DNA of 64,000 nt from Octopus vulgaris (GCA_951406725.2 OX597835.1:31434001-31498000); one strand, 5' to 3'; shown: positions 29,193-43,464, numbered from the stretch's first letter. Notes: generated from the sequence alone by a model not told the origin. Translations and numbers: made by a program.

Positions 29193-29504
29193 ACCATCAT
29201 CATCATCATCATCACCACCATCACCACCACCACCACCACCACCACCACAATCACCATCACCATCACCACCACCACCACCACCACCACAATCACCATCACC
29301 ACCACCACCACCACCACAATCACCATCACCACCACCATCACCACCATCACCTCCAACACCACCATAACCACCACCACTACCATCACCATCACCATCACCA
29401 TCACCATCATTATTATTATTATTATCATTATTATATTATATTATTAGTAGTATTATTAATGTTATTATTATAGGTAGTAGTAGGAAGAGTAGTAGCAGCA
29501 GCAA

Positions 29505-29537
<33 letters not shown>

Positions 29538-29665
29538 CAGCAGCAGGAGTAGTAGCAGTAGTAGTAGTAGTAGTAGTAGTCGTAGTAGTAGTAGTAGTAG
29601 TAGTATCATCATCGACATCGTCATGATCATCATTATCATCATCACTATCAACATTATCATTATTT
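29109..29665. repeat. Compound trinucleotide microsatellite (TCA/CCA/TTA/TAG)
   Basis: Direct inspection. Confidence 0.95.
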
Positions 29666-30026
29666 CGCTATCTGCTTTATCTAATGCCAGCATCTTCTGC
29701 TGAGTCGAAATTTCTTTTCAGTGACACTTATCAAATAGTGACAAGATTAGTGCTAATGGAGGAGGAGGGAGAGGGGAGAATGATGCTGATGATGATGAGG
29801 AGGAGGAGGAGGTGTGATGGTGTGGAAAATATGCATCTAAATGTAATGGTGGGGTGAACTAAATACGCTTACATTAGAAAAGAATTAAGAATAGAAGCAA
29901 AATCAAGGAAAGTGTAGAAATATATTATTACACACGCACACACACACATGCATATATATACATGTACATATGTATACATATACATATATATGCATGTATA
30001 TGTACATACACACACACACACATATA

Positions 30027-30723
30027 TGGATCAAAACAGTGATTCAAATTCGTCGGAAGTTCGAGAGTTTCAAGGATGATGGTAATCTTCAGCCATTTTG
30101 AATTTGAATGAAAGAAGTCGATTGTTATAACGGTAAAGAGGAGGCGCGTGGCTTAGTGGTTAGGGTGTTGAACTCATGATCGTAAGGTTGTGGTTTCGAT
30201 TCCTGGACCGGGCGATGCGTTGTGCTCTTGAGCAAAACACTTCATTTTCACGTTGTTCCAGTCCACTCAGCTGGCAAAAATGAGTAATCCTGCGACGGAC
30301 CGGCGTCCGGACCAGGTGGGGAATTTCTACACCACTAAAACCGGGAAACCGGCACTTATGAGCCTGGCATAACTCGAGAACGAACTTCTCTCTTTCTAAA
30401 GTGGGCTGTGATTGGTCGAGGAAGGTCACGTAGTGTCGTGGTAGGATCTTGGTATAACCGTATATCGGTGACCACAGTTAGATGGAAAACATCGCATGAC
30501 AAACAGGAAATCAACCACGTGGTGTTTTCTAACTAAATGTAACTGATATACCGTTATACCAGCATTAAACCACGACACCACGTGACTTTCCTCGACCAAT
30601 CGCACCCTACCTTACGGTAATAACAATTCACTGCCGTCATTCAAATTCAAAATGGCTGAAGATTAGCATCACGCTTAAAACTGTCTGAGTACCAACAAAT
30701 TTGAATTAAACTGCTTTGATCCA
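30027..30723. mobile_element. Fold-back MITE with long imperfect TIRs, interrupted by a SINE
   Basis: TGGATCAAAACAG..AATCTTCAGCCATTTTGAATTTGAATGA mirrored by TCATTCAAATTCAAAATGGCTGAAGATT..CTGCTTTGATCCA; inner arms ~30405-30480 and ~30530-30610; TA flanks. Confidence 0.82.
30139..30375 (+). mobile_element. SINE family C nested in the MITE
   Basis: GGAGGCGCGTGGCTTAGTGGTTAGG..GGTTTCGATTCC..CTTGAGCAAAACACTTCA..CCAGTCCACTCAGCTG. Confidence 0.9.
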
Positions 30724-30889
30724 TACATGAAACTCCCAATAAATGTGTTAAGCGCCCTTCTTTCGCTTGTCCACACACACACTCGTATATACACATATAC
30801 ATACATAATGTTATAAATTCATACATACATACATATATACATACATAATACATACATACATACATACATACATACACACACAAAAAAAG

Positions 30890-31034
30890 AAACTGTCCGA
30901 CGAACGGGAACGTAAAACTCCGATTAACAGCTTTTGCTAAATTTCTGCTGCTTTTAAATAAAGCATATTACTCAACCTCTGGTATTTGAGTACTCTTTTT
31001 TCCACTTTGTTTCACATTTATGTGTTCACTCTGG

Positions 31035-31035
<1 letters not shown>
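30890..31035 (+). mobile_element. Penelope-like fragment, degenerate hammerhead
   Basis: Homologous to 14660-14812; CTGT-CCGACGA-ACG-GGAA-CGT-AAAA-CTCCGAT-TA-ACAG. Confidence 0.7.
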
Positions 31036-31090
<55 letters not shown>

Positions 31091-32429
31091 CATACAGAGC
31101 AACAATTTCTTCACAGGGTGTACATTTGAGAACCATAGAAACGTACACAGTGAGTGTACTTGTTATTTATAGAACGCGTTCATGTGCAAGATTTTTCGCA
31201 TAAGCTGACGATTGTACGACGTACGTGAAACCCCCTATTTCCGTTTCAGAACGATATTTAGTACCACAATAAATACTAGTAAAATTTGTACTTCTACATA
31301 TTTTTTGTGCGTTTATTTATAAATTTGTACCTAGATTTTATTCTTTCTAGCAAATTACGTTGCAATAATAATATATTCTACTAACAATTGATTGAATGAT
31401 TGCCTATGTTATTGCCAAGCCTTCACCTTTTTAGTCTTGAACAATGCCTATATTTTTACATAATAAATTTGCCTACCATATGTACTATTGTACTTTGCAT
31501 AAAACTTTATCTATATTGGTACTTTTGGCTCTCATCTTTTAATTATTCTTAGTGTGTCAATATTTTAACAAAATGATGGTACCTCTTTTAATTATAATGT
31601 TACTTTGTAAATTAAAACAAAGAAATTTTTAATATTTAAATTTTATACTTAGCTGCAATATTTTAAGTAAATTTTTTTTGGTTCTGTACTTTACCAAATG
31701 TAATGACTTGTCCTGTACTTTTCTTATGAATATTATTTCTCTTGCCCGAATTTTTCCATGTAATCCATATTTTGACCGGGCTATACTATTATGCTAATTA
31801 ATAATCTTTCAAATGTTTCAATTAGCGGTGACGTTGAAAATTGTTTCCTAATCTCAATATGCCGGTGACATATATTGAAAGAACCCTAGAACTATATCCA
31901 TTGAAAAAGTATAGAACTATATTATCACCCTCAAATTTGAGAAACAAACACCCACAACTTTTTTCCATTTAAAACTTCATAACATAAGATTGGTACCAGG
32001 AAATTCCTCGAATCGAGCACTATCATTTAATCTTAATTAAAATATAGTTGTTTTTTAAAATAAAAAATAGTTAATTATACTTAAATCCAATTTTTATGCC
32101 TTGCTTATAATTTTTTCTTGATATTTTGCCTCATAACTTTTTTTATACAAATTGTTGTTGCATGGGACCAAAACTATGAAATTCTTCACGCTCTCTTCTC
32201 TCATTGAAGCTAAGATAACTATATTTTGCTTTTAAAATAAAAAAAAAGTTATTTAGATCTAAACTTATATGGCTGAAGCGGGAAGACCGAAAATGGCTTG
32301 AAAGTCATAACATGCCGGCGGGAATCATTAGGTGAGACAAGCTGACACTGAATCAGCTTCGCCGACTGACAGGTGACGGTCGTTTAGAGAATGCGCGGGC
32401 TAAAACTACGCGCCTTCACTAGTCAGTTA

Positions 32430-32990
32430 AGGTGAGACAGTGTCACGTGACAACTTGCTGGGGTTGCCTGCTGGAGCCTTGCGGCAGGTATTTAAAGGGG
32501 AAATTTTTACAAGTCAGTCAGTCAGCGGCTGACACTCGCTGACTTTACATCGAAGAGGCTAAGGAACAGAAGAAAGAAGACATGTACCCAACACCAGAGC
32601 TGAAGACACCTCCGAAAGGGGGGAGGTTGCGCCGCGTAAACGGTAGAGGAGTAGGGGCCGAAACCGGACGTGGTTCCTCCTGATGATGGCTTGTGCTAAC
32701 TTGATCCTATAAAGGAGCGGTTGTGGTAGCAGACCACGAAACACGGTAGTAATTCCTCCTTCGTGGCGTGACTTATTCTCCTATAACTTTGCTGCATATT
32801 TTGATGTAAACATTTTTCTACTGGACCATATCACAATTTTCTTTTCCAAAATAAAGCTTAAGACCAGTCCTCTTCAACAATGTTAACGGTTTTCCATTTG
32901 GTTAGGAATTGAAGTAGCGACGAGTTCTGAAACATGCTGCATGTGAATAAATTGCAGCCTTAAGGATATTATTCAACTACGGTTAAATAT
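32430..32990 (+). mobile_element. Probable Penelope-like pLTR with two hammerhead-like motifs
   Basis: GC-rich island with TATTTAAA; CTGAAGA(32600)..GAAACCGG(32660) and CTGATGA(32680)..GAAACAC(32738); ends near (TA)n. Confidence 0.45.
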
Positions 32991-33039
32991 ATATATATAT
33001 ATATTTATGTGTATGTGTGTGTTCGTGTGTGTGTGTCTG

Positions 33040-33250
33040 AGTGTGTTCCCTCATATCGCTTCACAACCGACGTTGGTGTGTTTACGTACCCGTAACTTAG
33101 CGGTTCAGCAAAAATACACCGATAGGACAAGTACTAGGTTTACATAGAATAAGTCCTGGGGTCGATTTCTTCTATTAAAAACTCCTTTAAGGTGGTGCTG
33201 CAGCGTGGCCACAGTCAAATGACTGAAACAAACAAAATAGTAAAAGAATA
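33040..33250 (+). mobile_element. SINE family A, 3' part
   Basis: CAACCGACGTTGGTGTGTTTACG..AATGACTGAAACAA. Confidence 0.8.
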
Positions 33251-33378
33251 CATGTATATACACATGCACGTGCATACATTTGTGTGTGCGTGTGTAAGAG
33301 AATATGTGGAAGGTTAAACCATAGATATTTCTGTACGTTGTTTCACGCTAGCAACAGAAACTTAGATCGCTGCATTTG

Positions 33379-33410
<32 letters not shown>

Positions 33411-34053
33411 TGTACATGCACACACACACACACACACTCACACACACACACTCACTCGCACATACACACATATATATATATACACGTGTGTGTATGTGTC
33501 CGTCTACATTCTTGCATGCATATTATATGTCTGTGAATCTACGTTTATGGTGATATATATATATGTGTATGTCTATGGAAGTATATGTAAGCCTATATGT
33601 GAGCCAGTCTGTACGTGTTTGCCTGTGCGCATGTGTATGTCTGCATATGCTTGTGTCTTTATGCGTACCCGTGTGTGAGTATGCGGGTATGTTTTCAGTC
33701 ATGAGTGCGTATATGTGTTTGTGTGTGTGCGTTTACATGAAAGAAAATCTGTGATTAATTCATGGTGACATTATCATATCTGATAACACGGATTCTCCAA
33801 TTATGTTGATTAGCAATATATATATATCACCTATATTCACCCTGGCCCTGCAGGGGAGTAGCATCGATATAGTCATCATCGTCGACGTCGTCGTCGTCGT
33901 CGTCATCATCATCATCTTCTTCATCATCTTCATCATCTTGAATATTATCAGATGTCACGCTCCGAGATATATACATATATACACATGACACCTTCATATT
34001 CATATTCGTTTACATAATATACATAACATATATATATATATATATATATGTGT

Positions 34054-34086
<33 letters not shown>

Positions 34087-34092
34087 AGTGTT

Positions 34093-34405
34093 GAGGCGAA
34101 ATGGCCGAGTGGTTAGGGCAGCCGACTCGTGATCGGAGGATCGCGGTTTCGATTCCCAGATCGGGCGTTGTGTGTGTTTATTAAGCGAAAATACCTAAAA
34201 GCTCCACGAGGGCCTGGCAGGGGGTGGTGGCGACTCCTGTTGTACTCTTTCGCCACAACTTTTTCTCACTCTCTCTTCCTGTTTCTCGACTAACGCTGCG
34301 ATGGACTTGTGTCCCGTCCAGCTGGGGGGTGGGGGGTGTCACATACGCCACAGAAACCGGGAAACCGGACCCATGAGGCTGGCTAGGCTTGAAAAGGGTG
34401 ACGTT
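34093..34405 (+). mobile_element. tRNA-derived SINE, family C variant
   Basis: GAGGCGAAATGGCCGAGTGGTTAGGG head, GGTTTCGATTCCC B box; 3' part shared with 52445-52695. Confidence 0.82.
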
Positions 34406-34409
34406 TATC

Positions 34410-34457
<48 letters not shown>

Positions 34458-34459
34458 AC

Positions 34460-34725
34460 GCGTGGCTGTGTAATAAGAAGATAGCTTTCTATCCACTTAG
34501 TTCCAGGTTCAGTCCCACAACATGACATTTCGGACAAGTGTCATCTACTATAGCTTCGAGCCGACCAAGGATTTGGAGAGCGACAGACAGAAACTGAACG
34601 AAGTCTGTTGTATATGAGTGCGTGCGTGCGTGTGTGTGCCTGTGTATGACTGTGCGTGTGTGTAGATGTATGTATGTTTGTCCTCCACCACCATTTGACA
34701 ACTGCTGTTGGTATGTTTACGTCCA
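34460..34725 (+). mobile_element. SINE family A, diverged
   Basis: GTGGCTGTGTAATAAG..GGTTCAGTCCCAC..GAAACTGAACGAAG. Confidence 0.7.
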
Positions 34726-35087
34726 CATATGTATATATATATATATATATACATACAAACACATACATATATATATATGAATAAACATACATACATAACA
34801 CGTACATTCATACATACATGCATACATACATACATATACATGTACATACATATTTACATACATATACGTACATATACATGTACATACACACGTACATACA
34901 TACATACATCCATATGTAGGTTACTGAAACTGGATGCTTATGTTGCATATCGTGTTTCACGCCATTGCTATCTTCAGTCGAGAACACACATTTGCACACA
35001 CCCACATGCACATACTCACACACACACATACATACACACACATATACCTACATTCATCTCTCCACAAGCACATAAACTTATGAAGTT

Positions 35088-35142
<55 letters not shown>

Positions 35143-35144
35143 AA

Positions 35145-35430
35145 TTGGTTGACGGAAACTGAAAGAAGTCCGTCGCACACACACAAACGCACACACACAT
35201 ACAGTTTGTGTGTATTTGTGTGCCATTGTATGTTGTTTCCCCTCCATTATTTGACAGCCGGTATTAGTGTGTTTACGTCCCTGATACTTAGTAGTTCGAT
35301 AAATAAAACCGACAAAATACGTACCAGGCTTTATATATAAATAAGTCCTAGGATCGATTCATTCCACTCGAATTCTTCAGTATGGTGCCCCAGTAAGGCC
35401 ACAATCCAATGACTAAAACAAACAAAAGAT
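35145..35430 (+). mobile_element. SINE family A, diverged 3' part
   Basis: GACGGAAACTGAAAGAAGTCCGTCG..AATGACTAAAACAA. Confidence 0.7.
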
Positions 35431-36090
35431 AATATGCATATATATATATAAATATATATACATTTATATATATATAAGTATATATATGTATGTGTGTATA
35501 TATATATATATATGTATATATACGTGTATATTATATACATACATATACATATACATATACGTACACACACACTCACACACACACACACATGCATATATAT
35601 ATATGTATATCCACGAGGCTATGCCAAATTTTATAGACACTCTTGTTTTCTATAATTTATTAAAAAGAAAAGCAGGGACTGAACAATAAACATCATTTTT
35701 CATCATAGTTTCCTTAGCAGGCCAAAAACTTGTTGAACTCTCTTTAAAGACGCCATATAACCCCTTATATCTTCATTTTATTTTTTGGAATTTCTAGAAA
35801 ATTTTTCCGAATTTGTGTTCTACACACAGGAATTCATACGACTATGGAAATGCCAAAAGAAAAAATCTGGTGCATAATTTAAGACCTATTTAGCTGTTAT
35901 TTTTAGCTCATCTCACGACCACTACTTACCCTTTTCTTCTGTTTGTCAGTCCAATGTATTGATGTTTTTCAATATCTTTCCACAAACAAATATATTTAAT
36001 GGCCTATTGTTAGGATTTAAGCCCCAAATTCGGACTGTTTTTATTTTAAAATTATTAACACACAGCCGTGCTTGCGCCTAGGTTTAGCTG

Positions 36091-36635
36091 TTAGGTTGTC
36101 CGGAAAGTTCTGAGCGTTTTCAAGCTAAATCATCTAACGTACCATTGAACACACCCGAAACGTAACAGTTAAAACGTAGAAATTGCTTGAAGCGGTAGTG
36201 CATCTCTTGTTTGTTCCTGACTAAAAATAGATTTATCTTTCATTCCGGTATACCTTTTATTGACATTTGAAATGGATAACCAAAAATTTCATATTCGCGT
36301 TGTAATGCTTTTCTTTTTTAATAAAGGAAAAACATCCTGCAAAGACTTGCAAAAAACATTTGTAAAATTTACGGTGATGATGATGCTGTAGGTGAATCAA
36401 CTGTTCGAAGGTGGTTTGCAAAATTTGAAGATGGAGAGTTTAACTTGGAAGATGACAGTCGCAGTGGAAGACCTTCAAAACGGGATGAAGATATTTTGAA
36501 GGCAAAAATCGAGGAAAACTCAAATATCCCGACTAGAGAACTTGCATTGGAGTTGGAAGTTTCAAAAAATACGGTTCATGAAGTATGTCCCATTTTAGAT
36601 ATTAGAAAACGCTCGGAACTTTCCAGGCAACCTAA
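36091..36635 (+). mobile_element. Internally deleted mariner (non-autonomous)
   Basis: TIRs TTAGGTTGTCCGGAAAGTTCTGAGCGTTTT / AAAACGCTCGGAACTTTCCAGGCAACCTAA; HTH remnant TVRRWFAKF..LEDDSRSGRPS..TRELALELEVSKNTV; no DDD domain. Confidence 0.88.
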
Positions 36636-37270
36636 TATTTACAGCCGAACGGTATGGAGCAACGTAAGTTGCTCAAGAACTCAACACTTCGCCTGTGTCT
36701 GGGAACCGAGATCATGATCATGCGATTGTACGCCATCCGGCTTCATTAGACGAAGATAGGAATACTCCACAATTGTAATCTTGGATCGACTCACTTTTGT
36801 GTGGAAGAGAAAATTGTGATTTTGAGGCGTTAATGCTTCTCTATGTATTGATCACGCAAATGTAAGAGTTATGAAGTGAGCTTAAGGAGGAAAAGAAAGT
36901 CTAACAACTGCAACGGAGATTCAGTTTGATCTGATTGTGAACATCTTGTGAGCAAGCAAAATGTATTTCGATTTTAGCTCTAGATCAAACCCTTCAAAAG
37001 ATGCCAACGGCGACTATGCAACTAGAATTACAGTAGCGAAACTTTTTTTTAAAGATAGATGTGAACGGTAAGGAGAGCATTTTGGTGATTTGAAGAAGAT
37101 TTGGCTGCTATTTTTTCTTTATCAAACAACAGTAGCGAAGATATGTCATTGACTTGAGTACAATTTAAATATTGGTCTGTCAGGTAAATTCGTTCGATTT
37201 CCTTCCATCTCAACCCTACATGGCTCTACTCCATCGTCACAGGTCTGAAAATTTCAAAAACGATGAACAA

Positions 37271-37441
37271 GGCGCAGGAGTGGCTGTGTGGTAAGTAGCT
37301 TGTTTACCAACCACATGGTTCCGGGTTCAGTCCCACTGCGTGGCACCTTGGGCGAGTGTCTTCTACTATAGCCTCGGGCCGACCAAAGCCTTGTGAGTGG
37401 ATTTGGTAGACAGAAACTGAAAGAAGCCCGTCGTATATATG

Positions 37442-37473
<32 letters not shown>

Positions 37474-37683
37474 CGTGTATGTTTGTATGTCTGTGTTTGT
37501 TCCCCCAACATCGCTTGTTTGTTTATGTCCCCGTCACTTAGCGGTTCGGCAAAAGAGACCGATAGAATAAGTACTGGGCTTACAAAGAATAAGTCCCGGG
37601 GTCGAGTTGCTCGATTAAAGGCGGTGCTCTAGCATGACCGCAGTCAAATGACTGAAACAAGTAAAAGAGTAAAAGAGTAAGAG
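37271..37683 (+). mobile_element. SINE family A, full length (octopus OK/OR-type tRNA SINE)
   Basis: A box TGGCTGTGTGG, B box GGTTCAGTCCC, internal (TA)n(TG)n, tail (GTAAAAGA)n. Confidence 0.93.
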
Positions 37684-38111
37684 TTGTTCAGAAAGAATAA
37701 ATATAAAAAAGATTTTTAAAAAACGCCCATAAAACACTACAATAATAATATTTCTTGCTAATTCAAATAACACCGGAAAGAATTAAAATGAATGGGAGAG
37801 AAAATAAGAAACGAACAAATTTATCTGACAGCTCGATATTTGAAAAGTGGTGGGTCGAATGTAATGTTATCAGATGTCTAAACTCATTGTTGGTATAAAA
37901 TCATTATTTCAAAATCAACAGAAACTTCTATGATGTCGATAGATAATTAACGGTATCGATTGATACCACTAAGTAGCACGACGCTTTTTGTCCTTGGTTA
38001 GCAACTGTTATGAAAAATTGCTAGTATTTTCTTTAAATTTTGCTGTTGTTACATTTACTCAAACTCGAACGAATCATTCTGAACACCCCCGCTCATGATC
38101 GAGAAGCAGAT

Positions 38112-38200
38112 ATTGTCAGCCACAAAGAGACATGCTCAACTGGTTAAGGTCAAGCAACTGACAAGCAAATCTGCGGTATTGAGCAGAATATTTGCTTTAA
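38112..38200. repeat. Dispersed repeat fragment shared with 60960-61115
   Basis: CAACTGACAAGCAAATCTG..TATTGAGCAGAATATTTGCT occurs at both loci. Confidence 0.7.
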
Positions 38201-39364
38201 CGATATTTCTGCTTCAGCAACTCAGCGCCGAGTCTGTCTGAAATGTAATGGAAAATAGGTCAGTTTTAAAACACTGATGTCCCGGTTACAAAAGCAAAAT
38301 ATGAAGGGAATAGTAGTCATTTCCTTTGATTTCCAAACAGAAGCAAATAGGAAACAATACATAATGACCAAAGACAAACAAAACAAATTTTAAAATTTTA
38401 AATTTTGTTACACACCGAAGACAACACATGCTGAAACATTCTTGGAAATCATTCACGTCTTGCTTACTTTCTTGTTGATGAGGTCTAATAAGTTTGAAAC
38501 ATGATTTTAAATAAATGCTTTTAATAACAAGGTCCACTGTTAGAAGCACCGATTTAAAAAAAAAAGACATCTATTTCCTAAATATTTCAGTTGCCTGATG
38601 TCATCATACATATTTCTTTACTTGTAAGGTTCGCATTTTATAGAACTCCAGGAGGAGTGTTTATGTCTTAATTACATCCATTAACATAATTAATTGAAGC
38701 GTTAAACTCACTGTCTTACACATGTGAGACCGAGCAGCATGGAAAACGTATCTGCTTTTGCAAAAAACACTTCCGAATGAGTTTCGAGATCCGGAGTATG
38801 GAATCTAGCACTTCTACTCAGGGAAAAAAACCCCCAGAAAAATCAAAGCAATTGGGAGCACGTGTCAGATCCGTGAACTGAAATGAGGCGATGAATGTTC
38901 GACCAACCACCACCACCAACACCAACCCCACCATTTACGTTACCATTTACACACGCTTCCAGACGTTACAGACAACCCCCCCTCACGCCCCCCCCCCCCC
39001 CCCAAGCCTAGAGGCACCGGCAAGCCTGCAGGACAGCAAGGCAGCCACCCAGTCAGTACTGACAGATAAAAGGAGTCAAAATGACGTATGTAGGCCAATG
39101 AGATCAACCTATGTCAAAATAGAGAATCTTACATTAAAAACTCAAAAATAGGGGCCAATCCTGCGAGAAACAGAAGAATCAGTCGCAGAAGAGAAAAAGA
39201 CTTAGAGCATAAATAAAATAAACATAAGAAATAAAAACATTAAAAAAAAAAATAAAATAAATACAGATGAGTATAAAATGCTATAAAAACGTAAAAAAAA
39301 AACAATTTCGATACCTACCACCCTCTCTAAGTATGAGGCACCGTGCGTCTCATTTTTTTCTTTC

Positions 39365-39431
<67 letters not shown>

Positions 39432-39653
39432 TATGTATTTATTTATTAAGTCATTTATTTACAGGTTTAAGTATTTTGCTGTGTGATGTTGGTCCCTATT
39501 GCAAACAAAATGATGTTTTTCGTAAATATTAAAGTACCTCAAGGGAGATAAACGGTATTAGACGAACAGAAAGTCGGGGTGAGTGAAGAAAATTACTTAA
39601 TTGACTAAACAGCTTTATCCTGAATTTTATAAAGAGAGAATGTGTGTGTGTGC

Positions 39654-39685
<32 letters not shown>

Positions 39686-39731
39686 CGTTTGTCAGTGTCT
39701 ATGAGTATATATATGTGCCTGTGTATGCTTG

Positions 39732-39790
<59 letters not shown>

Positions 39791-39914
39791 ATATAAGATA
39801 TATATGTATATAAAATAGAGAGAAACACAGAGAAAATGATATGTATATGTATGTGTGCGAGTGTGAGTATCTGTAGATATGTGCGTGAATGTAAGTTGTA
39901 AGTTCATATATACA

Positions 39915-39946
<32 letters not shown>

Positions 39947-40224
39947 CATACATACATACATATATACATACATACATACATACATACATACATACATACA
40001 TACATACATACATACATACGTACGTACGTACATACATACATACATACATACATTATATATATGTATGTATATGGGCGGATATGTGTATACGTAGAGGCAT
40101 ACTTGCTTACATATAAATATGTATATATCTATACATATATGTGTGTATATGTATGTATATATAGATATATACATATATTGGATATATATATATGAATATA
40201 TATATGTTTATAAATATACATATA

Positions 40225-40278
<54 letters not shown>

Positions 40279-40802
40279 TGTATAGATATGCACACACCTA
40301 CACACATGCACACCTACACTCAGACACGCACATACGTATATATATATCTTGACGAATCTATGCATATTCAAACATAACATGTTTATTTGTTTATTCAGTG
40401 CTGCTCCTAACCAGAAAGACTTTCACGCAGAGTCATAACACTGATCTTATCTGTAGTTTCGAATCCCACAAGGGAAAGGAAAGTGCAAAAACAGGTTTCC
40501 TTTGTTATTTCCTATACGAGCCGCTGGGGAAACATTAGACGCTTCACGATAAGCAACTTTTTCGTTTCCTTTCTTTCTTCCTCTTTTTCCTTTTCCTTCT
40601 TTTTTTCTGTCTTTCTCTCCTCTCCTCCCCTCCTGTCTCTCTAACAATTTATCTGCTTATCTATTTGTCACTCTTCATCAATCTATCTTTGTTTATATTC
40701 TATGTATCTATCTCTGTCAGTTTATACTGGTCTCTGTGGCTTTTCTCTCTGTCTTTGGTTTTGTATAGTGTCGTAGTCATGCATACATACATATATACAT
40801 AC

Positions 40803-40833
<31 letters not shown>

Positions 40834-40919
40834 CATACATACATACATACATACATACACACATACATACATACATACATACATACATACATACATACAT
40901 ACATACATACATACATACA

Positions 40920-40950
<31 letters not shown>

Positions 40951-41167
40951 CTTGAGAAATTAGGCTTCTCAAAACCAGAAAGGAGAAAGCTGATTCGAAG
41001 ATTCAAGCCCTCACTGGAACTGTAAAAATCTGTAAAACTTTCCAGAAGTTTATCATTTAAATATAGATGAGCATTCTAGACATGCAACTAAATGCATGAG
41101 AATATACACGTTAACAAAACATGCAAATCTGCACATATACATACATACATATACATACATACATACA

Positions 41168-41201
<34 letters not shown>

Positions 41202-41834
41202 CATACATGCATACATACATAAATACATACATACCCTGTTGTTGTTGTTGAAATTCCAAGAAAGGAGCCTTGGATCCTAGGTTAAAAACCGGTTCCTTTT
41301 CTATTGGCAAGAAATCTTGAAATAAAACTGAATAACTACCTATACATACATACATGTATACATAGATGCATGCATATATATATGTACATACATACATACA
41401 TACATACATACATACATACATACATACATACATACATACATACATACATACATACATACATACATACATACATGCATAAATACATAAGTTAGGGAGATGT
41501 AATGTAAGCAGCACTGGTTGTCAAGAACTGCTGGGGAACAAGCACCTCACAACACACATGCGCACACACAGTCACTCGCGCGTGCACACGTATTACATAT
41601 ATACTGATACATGCATACATGCATACGCACGTGCATACATGCATACGTACGTACATACACGCATACACACATATATACATACATACATACATACACACAT
41701 ACATACATACATACATACATACATACATACATACATACATACATACATACATACATACATACATACATACATACATACATACATACATACAAGCATACTT
41801 ACTTATATTCATACACACAAATACATTTACAACA

Positions 41835-41990
41835 GATTTGTTTTTCAGTTTCCGTCTACCAAATCCCCTCACAAAGCTCCAATAATTCCGGGTCAATAGC
41901 AGAAAGCAGTTTGCTAAGGTGCTGCACTGTGGAACTGAGGAACTGAACCTGGAACTTCGGAGTTTGAAGAGTCTTAACCATACAGTCAGG
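41835..41990 (-). mobile_element. SINE family A, 5' fragment
   Basis: TTTCAGTTTCCGTCTACCAAATCC.. Confidence 0.7.
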
Positions 41991-41994
41991 AAGG

Positions 41995-43330
41995 ACGAAA
42001 GAATGTATACAACAGAAAGAAAAAAAATATATGTGTATGAGTGAAAGAGATGTAAAAATGACAGAAATATGACAGAATGTAGGAGAAAGGTCTGAAGGTT
42101 TTTGTAACAAACGTAAAACGAAGGAATTAGAAAGCAGGATACAAATTGAAAATCATTTCTTGTAATTATCTGAGGAACCAAAACAAAGTACGTGATATGA
42201 ATGCAATAAGACATGAGGAATAAGGAGAAATGCCGAATGAAATTCTCTCTAAAACCAAAGTATAAGAAACTATGAATAAACAATATAAGACAGGTAAAGA
42301 TAATGCAAAGATATTCTTCAGAACATTTAATCGCAGCCCCGAACCCAACCCCTAACAAAAATCGCAAAACAGCTAAGCACAAATGATCGAAGAGGATTGG
42401 TAAAAGATGTAGGAAAGAAAAAAGAACATTATAAAGAAACTGTCTGGATGAAAATGATAGACAGCAAAAACCAGGAATGTATATCCCATAAGAGTGTCAA
42501 GATATTGCAGACAGCGATATTAATGTTTAAAAGAAAAGCTTTTGTCCCTGAATAGGTGCAGCAGTTAACGTCGGTAAAAGCTCACATATCAATCATCAGA
42601 TGACTGAAAACTGATTGCAGATCTCTGAAGGTGTTATTAAGTCAGTATCACGATGTGTAATACTTGCCTAATCATAAATTAACAAAGATTTTAATGTAAG
42701 TATATTGTATAATAGAAATATGGCATTCATGAAAAGTTGAACCTATTATATCCCTATACTAAAAATATAGGACCAAAAACAGTTGTGTAATTGTGTAATA
42801 GTGTCATAGTGTGACCTGATTTGCTAACATAAAAGAAACTTAAGTGAGCCTGTTGCCTTTTCTGTCCTCAATTATTGCTTATATCCAAATCGCATATAAT
42901 TTTGTTATTGATCGACTAAATCAATCACAAACTAATATTTTTTTCTATAAAAGTTAATAGTAAATAATAACTTACTGTGGATTGCTTTTCCATAAGGAGT
43001 AGAAAATCTGACGTTTCGGACAACTGCCCTACTGCATAATGTATGAATATAGAGATTGATAGCGTAATAAGTAATATGCCAATGAGAAAAGGGAGGGTAT
43101 TGTTGAGGAGGAAAGAAAAGACAGTGTGAGGAGTATTGAGCAAGTGGAGGGATAAGCAATAGGAAAGTAAACGCCTTGAAGAAGTTGATATGAAAACTTG
43201 TAGCAGGAATGAAATCAATGATATGGGAAGTAATAAAAGGTTTAGATAATGTGAATTAGAATTAATGAACTGATGCTAGAGTTGATGTTGGATCGTGAGA
43301 ATTTGTGACAGACCTCCTAAAGAAACAAGG
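41995..43330. mobile_element. Decayed A-rich retroelement remnant, possibly Penelope-like
   Basis: Purine-skewed coding-like composition; half-hammerhead GGGCAGTTGTCC-GAAACGTC on the minus strand at ~43010-43030; no clear protein motif. Confidence 0.3.
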
Positions 43331-43464
43331 TGAATTGTGAACTGGAACTCAGACATGAATTTTTACTATATCTACCCTTCCCACCGTCAAATACTAGACG
43401 ATCCTCACATTTACTCAGCTGTCTATTTCCAGATAATTTTATTGCGTTGATGTATCTTTTACGT

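Noticed and set aside
31100-32422. Decayed hAT or Helitron remnant (ENCFPNLN-like peptide; GCGCG hairpin + CTAG near 32420)
   Set aside because: Signals are weak and conflicting; no matching terminus found
38891-39265. 86-aa ORF followed by an A-rich tail (processed pseudogene?)
   Set aside because: Low-complexity peptide, no recognisable domain and no TSD found
41489-42382. 297-aa hydrophobic ORF resembling a membrane protein
   Set aside because: Antisense reading of A-rich sequence fused to a SINE fragment and (TACA)n
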